NCBI GenBank assembly: GCA_041673725.1
Contig: JBAYXD010000001.1
Location: forward strand, 23,760 to 87,759
DNA: 64,000 bases
Reading direction: 5' to 3'
Source: Bacilli bacterium
GTDB lineage: Bacteria; Bacillota_I; Bacilli_A; RFN20; CAG-826
In this document: positions 39,073 through 47,964 of the stretch, one piece after another
Layout of the letters: every line of letters starts with the position of its first letter
Position numbering within the stretch: the stretch's first letter is position 1
Notes under the pieces: generated by a model
What the model was told of the DNA's origin: nothing
What the model saw: the letters and a program-made list of their open reading frames with translations, nothing else
Databases searched by the model: none
Position numbers and translations under genes: made by a program

Positions 39073-40614
39073 ATGCCAAATACTGAACCGTTAGTTTTCT
39101 CGTTTGACTTTGGTACCCAAAGCGTCCGAGCAATGCTTGTTGATAAGGATGGAAAAATTGTCTCTTTAGTTAGAGAAAAATATAATCCCCCTTATTATTC
39201 AAAAAAGATAGGCTATGCTGAGCAATCATTTGATACCTACTATAAATATGCTTGCATTGCCGCAAAATCTTTAAAAGAAAAGAATAAGAAATTATTTGAT
39301 CAAATAATTTGCGTTACCATCACCACTATTCGTGATACCTTCACTTGTAGTGATGAAAAAGGTAAACCAATTAGAGATTTTATTTTATGGTTAGATCAAA
39401 GAAGAGCAACTCATCATGAAAAGATGCCACTTTATAAGAGGATATTATTTAAAGCAGTAAGTATGGATTATGCTCTTGAAAGACAAAGAGAAATTTGTCG
39501 TCCAGCCTGGATTAAAGAAAATGAACCTGATATTTGGGAAAATACAAAAAAATTTAGTAATATTAGTGCAATTTTAAATGCTAAGTTAACCGGAAATTAT
39601 GTCGATTGTAACGCCTCTTGTATTGGTCACGTTCCATTTAATTATAAAACTAGAAATTGGATGAAAGAAAATGAACTTACTTATCCTTTATTTGAATTAG
39701 AACCAGATAAATTTATTAAAATTGTCACTCCAACTTCCCAAATTGGAAAAATAACTAAAGAAGCAGGCAACGAAACCGGATTAAAAGAAGGTTTACCTGT
39801 AATTGCTAGCGGTTCGGATAAAGGTTGCGAAACTATTGGCTCCGGCGTTATGAATAATTATTCAGCAGCTTTATCGATGGGAACAAGTGCAACTATTCAA
39901 TTTGCTACAAGAAAATATGTCGAACCAGCCAAGTTTTTACCCGCTTATCCATCTCCTAATCCAGATTTTTATAATCCTGAATTACAAGTTATGCGAGCAG
40001 GATGGATGTTTAGTTGGTTTATTGAAAACTTTGGTTTTGAAGACAAATTAATTGCGGAAAAGGAAGGTGTTTCACCTGAACACGTAATTAATCGTCAACT
40101 AGATAAAGTTCCATTAGGTTCTGGAGGATTATTACTACTTCCATACTGGAATGCACCACTAAAACAACCTGAAGCTCGAGGAACTATCTTAGGTTTTATG
40201 CCAGATCACAATAAATACTATATCTATCGAGCAATTATTGAAGGTGTCGTCTTTACTTTATATCAAGGATTCCAAACCTTAGAAAAAAATTCAAAACATC
40301 ATACTAGATATCTAGTAATCTCTGGAGGAAGTTCAGTAAGCGAAACAATTTGTCAAATCGTTGCTGATATCTTCAATCTTCCAGTTAAAAGGTCTAGAGA
40401 AAGTGAAGCTTGTGGTTTAGGTTCAGCAATGTGTGGATTTGTTGGGATGGGAGTTTATAAGTCATTTGATGAAGCGGCTAAAAATATGGTCCACTACTCA
40501 AAGACTTACGAACCAATAAAAGAAAATCATCTTGAATACGAAGAGATATATCGTAAAAAATTTGTAAAACTATATCCAAGTATTCGTGGTGTATATCGTA
40601 ACTATATTAAATAG
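39073..40614 (+). CDS. FGGY-family carbohydrate/polyol kinase (not canonical GlpK)
   Basis: start refined to ATG at 39073 (RBS AAAGGAG); phosphate-1 motif FDFGTQSVRA; FGGY N- and C-domains (SGGSSVSE); lacks the GlpK DQGTTSSR signature. Confidence 0.7.
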   Translation: MPNTEPLVFSFDFGTQSVRAMLVDKDGKIVSLVREKYNPPYYSKKIGYAEQSFDTYYKYACIAAKSLKEKNKKLFDQIICVTITTIRDTFTCSDEKGKPIRDFILWLDQRRATHHEKMPLYKRILFKAVSMDYALERQREICRPAWIKENEPDIWENTKKFSNISAILNAKLTGNYVDCNASCIGHVPFNYKTRNWMKENELTYPLFELEPDKFIKIVTPTSQIGKITKEAGNETGLKEGLPVIASGSDKGCETIGSGVMNNYSAALSMGTSATIQFATRKYVEPAKFLPAYPSPNPDFYNPELQVMRAGWMFSWFIENFGFEDKLIAEKEGVSPEHVINRQLDKVPLGSGGLLLLPYWNAPLKQPEARGTILGFMPDHNKYYIYRAIIEGVVFTLYQGFQTLEKNSKHHTRYLVISGGSSVSETICQIVADIFNLPVKRSRESEACGLGSAMCGFVGMGVYKSFDEAAKNMVHYSKTYEPIKENHLEYEEIYRKKFVKLYPSIRGVYRNYIK

Positions 40615-40631
40615 AAAAGGAAACAAAAAAA

Positions 40632-42365
40632 ATGAGCAAAAAGAAACAAGGTTTTTTACCAAAATGGGTTACTGAGGAAGCTTCTCCTAGATCTTATAGA
40701 TCTATTTCTCGATGGGGAGATCCAAAATTTGTAAAGTATCCAAAACCAGCTTTATATGAATTTATGAAGCAAACTTTTAAGATGACAGATGAAGATTTTA
40801 ACCATTACCATAACGATACTGGTTTTGAAGATGTTAATATTAAAATCCCAACCAAAATGGCTGAAAAAGACATCAAAGCTTTAAGCAAGATTGTTGGTAA
40901 TAAGAATGCATCTTTAGATGAATATGATAGATTATCCGTTATGTATGGCAAGACTTTATATGATGTCATGCGAATCCGTGAACACAAGTTTGATAGTGTC
41001 CCTGATTTAGTCTTATATCCAGAAACAACCGAACAAATCGAGAAAATAGTTGCTTATTGCACTACTAATAAAATACCACTTTATGTTTATGGAGGTGGTT
41101 CTAGTGTTACGCGAGGTGTTGAACCTGTTAAAGGTGGTGTATCTTTAGATATGCGTCGTAACTTTAATAAAGTATTAGGTTTTAATGAAATTGATCAAAC
41201 TATAACTGTTCAAGCTGGTATGAGTGGACCAGATTTAGAGCACCACTTAAATAATGCAATTAAAGAATTTAATGCAAAACGTGCTTTTACTTGTGGTCAC
41301 TTTCCACAATCCTTTGAATATTCTTCAGTTGGTGGTTGGGTTGTAACTCGTGGTGCTGGTCAAAATAGTACTTATTATGGTGTTATTGCAGATATTGTAT
41401 TATCACAAAAATATGCGACTCCAATCGGAACAATTAAGACTTCCCACTACCCAAGAGAATCGACTGGACCAAACCTCAATCAAATCATGATGGGTTCAGA
41501 AGGCACCTTTGGTGTTTTAACTGAAGTTACCCTTAAAGTGTTTAGATATATGCCAGAAAATCGTAAAAGATATTCATATATGTTTAAGACTTGGGAAGAT
41601 GCTATGAATGCCGCAAGAGAAATCATGCAAAGTGAAGATGGTTATCCATCAGCCTTTAGAGTTAGTGATGCAGAAGAAACTGATATGATGCTTAAACTAT
41701 ACAACGTTGATGAATCTCCACTTCGTCTATTCTTAAAAGGCTTTGAACCAATGAAACGAAGTTTAATGCTTGGTTTCACTGAAGGTGATACTGGTTATTC
41801 TAAAAATATTCGTAAAACTATTGCTCGTGTTGCAAGAAAATATCATGCTCGTTCATTAACTGGTATTGTTTGTAAGAGTTGGGAACATGGTAGATTCACT
41901 GATCCATATTTACGTGATACACTCTTAGATTTTGGTATTGCTACTGATACCTTAGAGTGCACTGTTAATTGGTCAAATATGGCAAAAGTTCATGAAGAAG
42001 TTCGTAAAATTTGTCATGCTAGACCAAATACTGTTGTTACAACTCACTTATCACATGCTTATCCACAAGGTGCAAACCTTTACTTTATCTTTATTACTCA
42101 TAGTGAAACTAGTGATGACTTCAAAAAATATCACTCCACTATTCTTGATGCAATTCAAAAAAGTGGCGCTGCAATCTCACATCACCATGGTATCGGTAAG
42201 ATGTTTGCTCCATGGCTTGAAGGCTATATAGGTAGAAAAGAATATGGTGTCTATCATGCGTTAAAAGACTACTTCGATAAAGATTATCTCATGAATCCAG
42301 GCGGAACAATTGGTCTTGATTTAAAAGAAAAAGACAAAAAGTTCTTAAATAAAGACGTTAAATAA
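40632..42365 (+). CDS. FAD-linked oxidase of the alkyldihydroxyacetonephosphate synthase (AGPS)-like subfamily
   Basis: 577 aa; pre-FAD N-terminal extension with RWGDPKF; PCMH FAD domain VYGGGSSVTRGVEP; strong blocks shared with animal AGPS (FEYSSVGGWVVTRGAG, STGPNLNQIMMGSEGTFGV, SHHHGIGK...NPG). Confidence 0.7.
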   Translation: MSKKKQGFLPKWVTEEASPRSYRSISRWGDPKFVKYPKPALYEFMKQTFKMTDEDFNHYHNDTGFEDVNIKIPTKMAEKDIKALSKIVGNKNASLDEYDRLSVMYGKTLYDVMRIREHKFDSVPDLVLYPETTEQIEKIVAYCTTNKIPLYVYGGGSSVTRGVEPVKGGVSLDMRRNFNKVLGFNEIDQTITVQAGMSGPDLEHHLNNAIKEFNAKRAFTCGHFPQSFEYSSVGGWVVTRGAGQNSTYYGVIADIVLSQKYATPIGTIKTSHYPRESTGPNLNQIMMGSEGTFGVLTEVTLKVFRYMPENRKRYSYMFKTWEDAMNAAREIMQSEDGYPSAFRVSDAEETDMMLKLYNVDESPLRLFLKGFEPMKRSLMLGFTEGDTGYSKNIRKTIARVARKYHARSLTGIVCKSWEHGRFTDPYLRDTLLDFGIATDTLECTVNWSNMAKVHEEVRKICHARPNTVVTTHLSHAYPQGANLYFIFITHSETSDDFKKYHSTILDAIQKSGAAISHHHGIGKMFAPWLEGYIGRKEYGVYHALKDYFDKDYLMNPGGTIGLDLKEKDKKFLNKDVK

Positions 42366-42397
42366 AAAATAAAGCTCCTTAATTGGAGCTTTTTAAA
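42366..42397. terminator. bidirectional intrinsic terminator between AGPS-like gene and TrmH gene
   Basis: AAAAAATAA-AAGCTCC-ttaatt-GGAGCTT-TTTT; convergent gene ends. Confidence 0.6.
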
Positions 42398-42414
42398 TTT
42401 TTTGAATTAATAAT

Positions 42415-43161
42415 TTACTTATTTAGATGCGCTTTATATAAAATAATTGAGGCTGCTACGCCAACATTTAAGGAATCAATGTTACTCATTTCAATAAAGA
42501 CCTTATAATCGGCAAGGTCAATTATTTCTTTTTTAATTCCTTGACCTTCGTTACCAAAAACAAAAACATATTTTTCATTAGTATCGAACTTAAAGTCATC
42601 TAGTTTGATAGCGTCTTTTGAAAGAATAGAAACCACAATTTTATAGCCTTGGGTCTTTAGTTTTTTAAGTTTATCAATATCACTGTTTTCAATATTTAGA
42701 TTAAAAATTGCACCTTGAGAAGCTTGAATAGCTTTATCGTTATATTTATTTACTGAATCGTTACTAATTAAAATATCAAAATTAGAAAAAGCAAGAGCTG
42801 AACGTAATATTGTACCAAGATTCCCTGGATCTTGAATATTATCAAGATAAATAAGATTATTTGATAACTTAATGGAATCATTAATATAATTACAAACAGC
42901 TATTACATCAGGGGCAGACTTGCTAGTACTGATTTTTTCAATAATGTCTTTAGTTACTATATATTGATCAATATTTTCATCAACGTTATTTATGTGTTTT
43001 GTCGTTATAATATAGCAAATATTATTGGCTTTAATTGCCATTTCGAATAAATGCTCACCTTCAATTACAAACTTCTTTTCTTCTTGTGATTTTTTGTTAT
43101 TTCTAAGTGAAATTGTTTTTTGAACAATTTGGTTTTTTCTACTAGTTATATACTTAATCAT
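42415..43161 (-). CDS. TrmH/SpoU-family RNA 2'-O-methyltransferase (RlmB/YsgA-like)
   Basis: SPOUT motifs NIQDPGNLGTILRSA and VFGNEGQGI, 248 aa. Confidence 0.8.
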   Translation of the reverse strand: MIKYITSRKNQIVQKTISLRNNKKSQEEKKFVIEGEHLFEMAIKANNICYIITTKHINNVDENIDQYIVTKDIIEKISTSKSAPDVIAVCNYINDSIKLSNNLIYLDNIQDPGNLGTILRSALAFSNFDILISNDSVNKYNDKAIQASQGAIFNLNIENSDIDKLKKLKTQGYKIVVSILSKDAIKLDDFKFDTNEKYVFVFGNEGQGIKKEIIDLADYKVFIEMSNIDSLNVGVAASIILYKAHLNK

Positions 43162-43163
43162 TA

Positions 43164-43802
43164 CTATTTATTAACTCCTTTATAGTTTCCTAATCTCAAT
43201 GCCTTATGTAAACTATCATAATCACTACAATATTTATAAACAAAATTATAGAAGTTTTTTGAATGGTCATAATAGAAACAATGAGCTAATTCATGAACAA
43301 TTATCGCATCAATTATATCTTTTGAAAAATGAATTAGATATGAATTGATTGTAATATGATGAGTTCTTTTACTATTGCTTCCATATCGAGTTGAAACATA
43401 CTTCGTTGAAACATTGTAAGGTTTATCAACATTCATAAGTTTTTCATAATATCTAATTCTTGCTTCAATATAAGTTAAAAAATATTTATTGATATCTTTA
43501 TAAAATGTCTTTGAACTAAAAAGAACAAAATGCCCATCAATTGAAATAAATCCATCTTTAATTTCTTGTTTTTCACCATATATCCAACAATAAGTGTCAG
43601 AAAAAGGTTTTTCTATTACTTTAGTAGGTCTAGATTTATGTTTAGAAAGTACATTTTCAAGATAACTATTTGTAACTAGATATGGGCATCTAATCGTATA
43701 TTTTCCATCTTTTACTACCCACCTAATTGATCTTATATTCTTATATTCAATTGAAGCTTCGTGAATTTCACCATTAATATTTAGCGTAGTCTCTTTTTTC
43801 AT
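43164..43802 (-). CDS. YgjP-like DUF45 zinc metallohydrolase (WLM/SprT-like HExxH)
   Basis: N-terminal YKNIRSIRWVVKDGKYTIRCP pattern and IVHELAHCFYYDHSKNFYNFV zinc-binding motif. Confidence 0.55.
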   Translation of the reverse strand: MKKETTLNINGEIHEASIEYKNIRSIRWVVKDGKYTIRCPYLVTNSYLENVLSKHKSRPTKVIEKPFSDTYCWIYGEKQEIKDGFISIDGHFVLFSSKTFYKDINKYFLTYIEARIRYYEKLMNVDKPYNVSTKYVSTRYGSNSKRTHHITINSYLIHFSKDIIDAIIVHELAHCFYYDHSKNFYNFVYKYCSDYDSLHKALRLGNYKGVNK

Positions 43803-43857
43803 ATAGAAATATTATAAAGAAATACATATAATATTTAAAGCAATGAAAGGGAATTAA

Positions 43858-44934
43858 ATGGAAACTATTATTGTAAGTGCTTGTTTATTAGGCGATAAAT
43901 GCCGTTATGATGGCAAAGATAACTATAACGATAACGTTAAGTTTTTAAAAGAACACTTTAATATTGTTCCTATTTGTCCTGAAGTTTTTGGTGGAATGTC
44001 TACTCCACGTGTTCCAAGTGAACAACGTGAAGGTTCTGTTGTTGATAAGAATGGAAAAGATGTTACTAAGTATTTTGAAAAAGGTCGAGATGATGTATTA
44101 AATATTGTTAAATATCTCCATATAAGAAAAGCTGTTTTAACTGAAAACTCCCCTTCTTGTGGAATTCATAAGGTCTATAATGGTCGTTTTAATAATACTT
44201 TAATTGATGGTAATGGTATCACCACTAAAGCTCTTTTAGAGTTAGGTGTTGCTTGTTATAGCATCGATGAAGTTGAAAAATTAATTGATAAGACTCAAAA
44301 ACAACTTTACGAAATTAAAGAACAAGAAATTCTTGAACACGAAAGAATCAATAAAGAAAAAGCAGCTAAGAATGCGGAGTATTCCACTATTGATAACAAA
44401 GCTTATCAAGAAAAGAGACGTGCTGAACGTAGCAATTATTCAAAAGATGGTGATTATAGTTCAAATAGAAGAGAAGGATATTCAAGAGGATATTCATCTC
44501 GTTCTAGAGATGATAATTATAGTAATCGTAATAGCGAACCAAGAAGCGGCTATTCAAGAGGTTATTCTTCTCGTTCTAGAGATGATAACTATAGTAATCG
44601 TGGAGATTCACGAGGCAATTATTCAAGAAGTTCTACTCGTGATGGCGATAGACCATATTCTTCACGCCCATATAAAAAGAGTTACTCAAATAATTATTCT
44701 AGAGATTCTAATTCTCGTGATGATAGTCGTTCCTATTCTTCTAGAACTCCTAGAAGATCCTATGATAATAATTATTCAAGAGATTCTAATAGTCGCGATA
44801 GTAGCCGTTCATATTCTTCTAGATCTACTGGAAGAAGCTATTCAAAAGGTTATTCATCAAATTCAAGAAGTTCATATAATACACGTAATAAATCAAGCTA
44901 TTCAAAACCAAAAGACAATGATGAAGGTAAATAA
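43858..44934 (+). CDS. DUF523 (TudS-like thiouracil/thiouridine desulfidase, [4Fe-4S]) domain fused to a long Arg/Ser/Tyr-rich repetitive low-complexity tail
   Basis: residues 1-140: IIVSACLLGDKCRYDG, CPEVFGGMSTPRVPSE, ENSPSCGIHKVYNGRFNNTLIDGNGITTKAL match the DUF523/TudS Cys triad signature; residues about 190-358 made of GYSRGYSSRSRDDNYSNR and NNYSRDSNSRDDSRSYSSR type repeats. Confidence 0.75.
   Translation: METIIVSACLLGDKCRYDGKDNYNDNVKFLKEHFNIVPICPEVFGGMSTPRVPSEQREGSVVDKNGKDVTKYFEKGRDDVLNIVKYLHIRKAVLTENSPSCGIHKVYNGRFNNTLIDGNGITTKALLELGVACYSIDEVEKLIDKTQKQLYEIKEQEILEHERINKEKAAKNAEYSTIDNKAYQEKRRAERSNYSKDGDYSSNRREGYSRGYSSRSRDDNYSNRNSEPRSGYSRGYSSRSRDDNYSNRGDSRGNYSRSSTRDGDRPYSSRPYKKSYSNNYSRDSNSRDDSRSYSSRTPRRSYDNNYSRDSNSRDSSRSYSSRSTGRSYSKGYSSNSRSSYNTRNKSSYSKPKDNDEGK
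44476..44841 (+). repeat. in-frame imperfect tandem repeats inside the RS-tail coding region
   Basis: two 72-nt units (44476-44547, 44548-44619) and two roughly 75-78-nt units (44689-44766, 44767-44841) encoding the RS/Y-rich peptide repeats. Confidence 0.7.
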
Positions 44935-45458
44935 TGACTAAAACGAGATTCATAATCATTAAAATCTCTTTAACTGGTTTAATGATTGCGCTTATTTATG
45001 TTTGCACAGCTTTTTTAAGCATTCCTTTTGCGAACGGTGCTGGTTATTTTAATTTTAGTGATTGTTTAATTCTTTTTACGAGTATTTATATTGGACCTGT
45101 TGAAGGAATTTTAAGCGCGATTATTAGTTGTGCTTTAGCGGATTTACAAGCTGGTGCAGCCCAATTTATTCCATTTACTATCGTTGCTAAAGGACTCGAA
45201 GCAATCGTTGCTTTCTTAATCTATAAACCACTTAAAAATCATAATATTTTAAAATATATCTCAGTTGTTATTGCTCCACTATTTATGGTCGCAACTTACT
45301 TTTTAGCTTATATTTTATTATTTGATATTAGTTATACTTTTAATTCAATATTTGATTTAATTCAAGGACTTGTTGGTTCAATCCTTGCAATTACACTACT
45401 TAAACTATTTTCAAGAATTCCGCTTGAAAACTTAATCCATAATAAAAAAGAAGATTGA
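44934..45458 (+). CDS. ECF-transporter S-component-like small membrane protein (FolT/ECF_trnsprt-like)
   Basis: 174 aa, 5-6 TM; motif FSDCLILFTSIYIGPVEGILSAI resembles the FolT-type FSDVPALLAALLFGPVAGI; start overlaps the upstream stop (TAATG). Confidence 0.55.
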   Translation: MTKTRFIIIKISLTGLMIALIYVCTAFLSIPFANGAGYFNFSDCLILFTSIYIGPVEGILSAIISCALADLQAGAAQFIPFTIVAKGLEAIVAFLIYKPLKNHNILKYISVVIAPLFMVATYFLAYILLFDISYTFNSIFDLIQGLVGSILAITLLKLFSRIPLENLIHNKKED

Positions 45459-45482
45459 ACTCAACATTCAATCTTCTTTTAT
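45440..45482. terminator. bidirectional terminator between the ECF-S gene and glgP
   Basis: perfect 10-bp stem GAAGATTGAA-ctcaaca-TTCAATCTTC flanked by A-run and T-run; overlaps the ECF-S stop codon. Confidence 0.6.
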
Positions 45483-45485
45483 TAT

Positions 45486-47933
45486 TTATAATTTTGAACC
45501 TTTAATTTGTTCATCAAGTTTTACTTGATCAATTTTAGTTAAGTGCCAAATATCTTTGTTATAGCCTTCAATTGTTCGATCACTTGAGAAATATCCAGAC
45601 TCAGCAATATTTACTAAACAACTTCTTTGCCAAGCTTTTGGATCTTCATAATACTTTTCAATCTTCTTGCATTCATCAATATATGCAGGTAAATCCTTAA
45701 AAATTAAGTATTCATCATTATGATTCATAAGTTCATTAAAGATTCCTTTGAAACGATCTGGAATATCTTCACACCATGGGCCATTAAATAAACTATCAAG
45801 AACCCAACGTAACTTATTGTTATTGTTATATTCATCCCAAGCATTATAAGTTCCATCGGCAGTAATCTTTTCAATATCTTTAACTTTTAAACCAAAGATA
45901 AAGGCATTATCTTTACCTACTTTATCTAAAATTTCAACATTAGCTCCATCAAGAGTTCCAAGTGTTAAAGCCCCATTCATCATAAACTTCATATTGCTAG
46001 TACCACTTGCTTCTTTTCCAGCAGTTGAAATTTGTTCACTAATATCGGCCGCAGGGATAATCTTCTCAGCAATAGACACACCATAATTTGTCATAAAGAC
46101 AACTTTAATATATTTATTTACTTCAGGATCATTATTAACTACTTTTGCTACAGCGTTAATTAATTCAATAATCTCTTTAGCAAATACATAACTTGGAGCA
46201 GCTTTAGCACCAAAAATGTAGGTATGAGGATACATTTTAAAACTCTTGTTAGTTTTAATTTCGTGATATAGCATCATAATCTTAAATACATTCATAAGTT
46301 GACGTTTATAAGCATGTAATCGCTTAATTTGAACATCAAATATAGAATTTTCATCGACTACTACACCATAATTATCATTAATATATTTAGCAAGTTTAAT
46401 CTTGTTATGCTTTTTAATTTCAGCTAATTCTTTAAGGGTTCCTTCGTCATCTTTAAATTTTAATAAATCTTTTAAACCCTCTTCAGGATTAGTAATCCAA
46501 TTTTCACCAATCTTATCAGTGATTAACTTAGATAATTCTGGGTTAGCATACATTAACCAACGACGATGAGTTACACCATTTGTTTCGTTATGGAACTTTT
46601 CAGGGAAATATTTATAGAATTCTTTAAAAGTAATTTTCTCTAAGATATCAGTATGAATTGCGGCAACACCATTAATACTAAAAGCACAATAAATAGCTAA
46701 GTTAGTCATTCTAACAAAACCATCTTTAATGATGAGCATATTGTCTTTTTCATCGCTCTTGACGTTATTTTTAGACATCCAAATAAGCATTCTACGTTGA
46801 ATTTCTTCAATAATCATATAACAACGTGGAACAAGTCTTTGAATATATTGAACTGGCCATTTTTCTAAAGCTTCAGGCATAATTGTATGATTTGTATAAG
46901 CAAAACAATGGGTTACTTGATTCCAAGCATCATCCCATCCATATCCATATTCATCCATAAGTAATCTCATCATTTCAGGAATCGCTAAAATTGGATGAGT
47001 ATCATTTAATTGGAAAACAGTTTTATTTGAAAAATCATCAAGACTACCATGTCTTCTAACAAATCCACGCATTAATGATTGTAATCCAGCACTAACAAAG
47101 AAATATTGTTGACGTAGTCTTAATAATTTACCATGTTCAGTTGAATCATCTGGATATAAACCATGACATAATTCTTTTAAAGTTGTTAGATAATCTTCAA
47201 AAGTAACATCACTTGGTAAATCTGATTCACTAGGTTGAGCACTCCATAAACGTAAAGAGTTAGCTAAATTATTATGATAACCAACAACCGAAACATCATA
47301 TGGCATAGCTAATACTTTAGTCGCACCAACGGTACGAATTCCATAACCACCATCAGGTTTAAGATAAGTTTCAGCGTTTCCATAGAAACTAACTTCAACA
47401 GCATGTTTTGGTTTTCTTACTTCCCAAACATAACCATTAGTTAACCATTGATCTGGTAATTCAACTTGTTTTTCATCAACAATCTTTTGTTTAAAGAATC
47501 CGTATTCATAACGAATACAATTGCCGTGTCCAACATAACCTAAACTTGCAATTGAATCCATAAAACATGCTGCTAATCGACCTAATCCACCATTTCCAAG
47601 TCCAGCATCAGACTCGACATCTTCAAGTTCGCCAATATCAGTACCAAGTTCACTTAATCCATCTCGGCAAATATCATAAATACCAAGATTCATTAAATTA
47701 CTAGTCATCAATCGACCAATTAAAAATTCCATTGAGAAATAAATTAATTGCTTTTCATCATTTTTTAAGACATATTCACGAGTATTACGCCAATCAGTAC
47801 CGGCATAATCACGAATCATTTCACCTAAAATATCATACTTTTCTAAAATATGAGCTTCAGATGGAAATTTTCCATACTTTTCAGTTAAACGTTCTGTAAA
47901 TTCCTTTTTAAACTCTTCTTTATTAGTAAACAT
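45486..47933 (-). CDS. glgP: glycogen/maltodextrin phosphorylase
   Basis: 815 aa; PLP-lysine region EASGTSNMKFMMNGALTLGTLDGANVEI. Confidence 0.9.
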   Translation of the reverse strand: MFTNKEEFKKEFTERLTEKYGKFPSEAHILEKYDILGEMIRDYAGTDWRNTREYVLKNDEKQLIYFSMEFLIGRLMTSNLMNLGIYDICRDGLSELGTDIGELEDVESDAGLGNGGLGRLAACFMDSIASLGYVGHGNCIRYEYGFFKQKIVDEKQVELPDQWLTNGYVWEVRKPKHAVEVSFYGNAETYLKPDGGYGIRTVGATKVLAMPYDVSVVGYHNNLANSLRLWSAQPSESDLPSDVTFEDYLTTLKELCHGLYPDDSTEHGKLLRLRQQYFFVSAGLQSLMRGFVRRHGSLDDFSNKTVFQLNDTHPILAIPEMMRLLMDEYGYGWDDAWNQVTHCFAYTNHTIMPEALEKWPVQYIQRLVPRCYMIIEEIQRRMLIWMSKNNVKSDEKDNMLIIKDGFVRMTNLAIYCAFSINGVAAIHTDILEKITFKEFYKYFPEKFHNETNGVTHRRWLMYANPELSKLITDKIGENWITNPEEGLKDLLKFKDDEGTLKELAEIKKHNKIKLAKYINDNYGVVVDENSIFDVQIKRLHAYKRQLMNVFKIMMLYHEIKTNKSFKMYPHTYIFGAKAAPSYVFAKEIIELINAVAKVVNNDPEVNKYIKVVFMTNYGVSIAEKIIPAADISEQISTAGKEASGTSNMKFMMNGALTLGTLDGANVEILDKVGKDNAFIFGLKVKDIEKITADGTYNAWDEYNNNNKLRWVLDSLFNGPWCEDIPDRFKGIFNELMNHNDEYLIFKDLPAYIDECKKIEKYYEDPKAWQRSCLVNIAESGYFSSDRTIEGYNKDIWHLTKIDQVKLDEQIKGSKL

Positions 47934-47964
47934 AAAATTTCCCTTTCCTTCGCCTAAATATCAA

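Noticed and set aside
44285-44941. 218-aa plus-strand ORF rich in Ile/Val/Glu/His overlapping the RS-tail region in another frame
   Set aside because: An alternative-frame read-through of the repetitive AGA/GAT-rich coding repeats. It has no RBS, lies entirely inside the better-supported DUF523-tail CDS, and its composition is a frame artefact.
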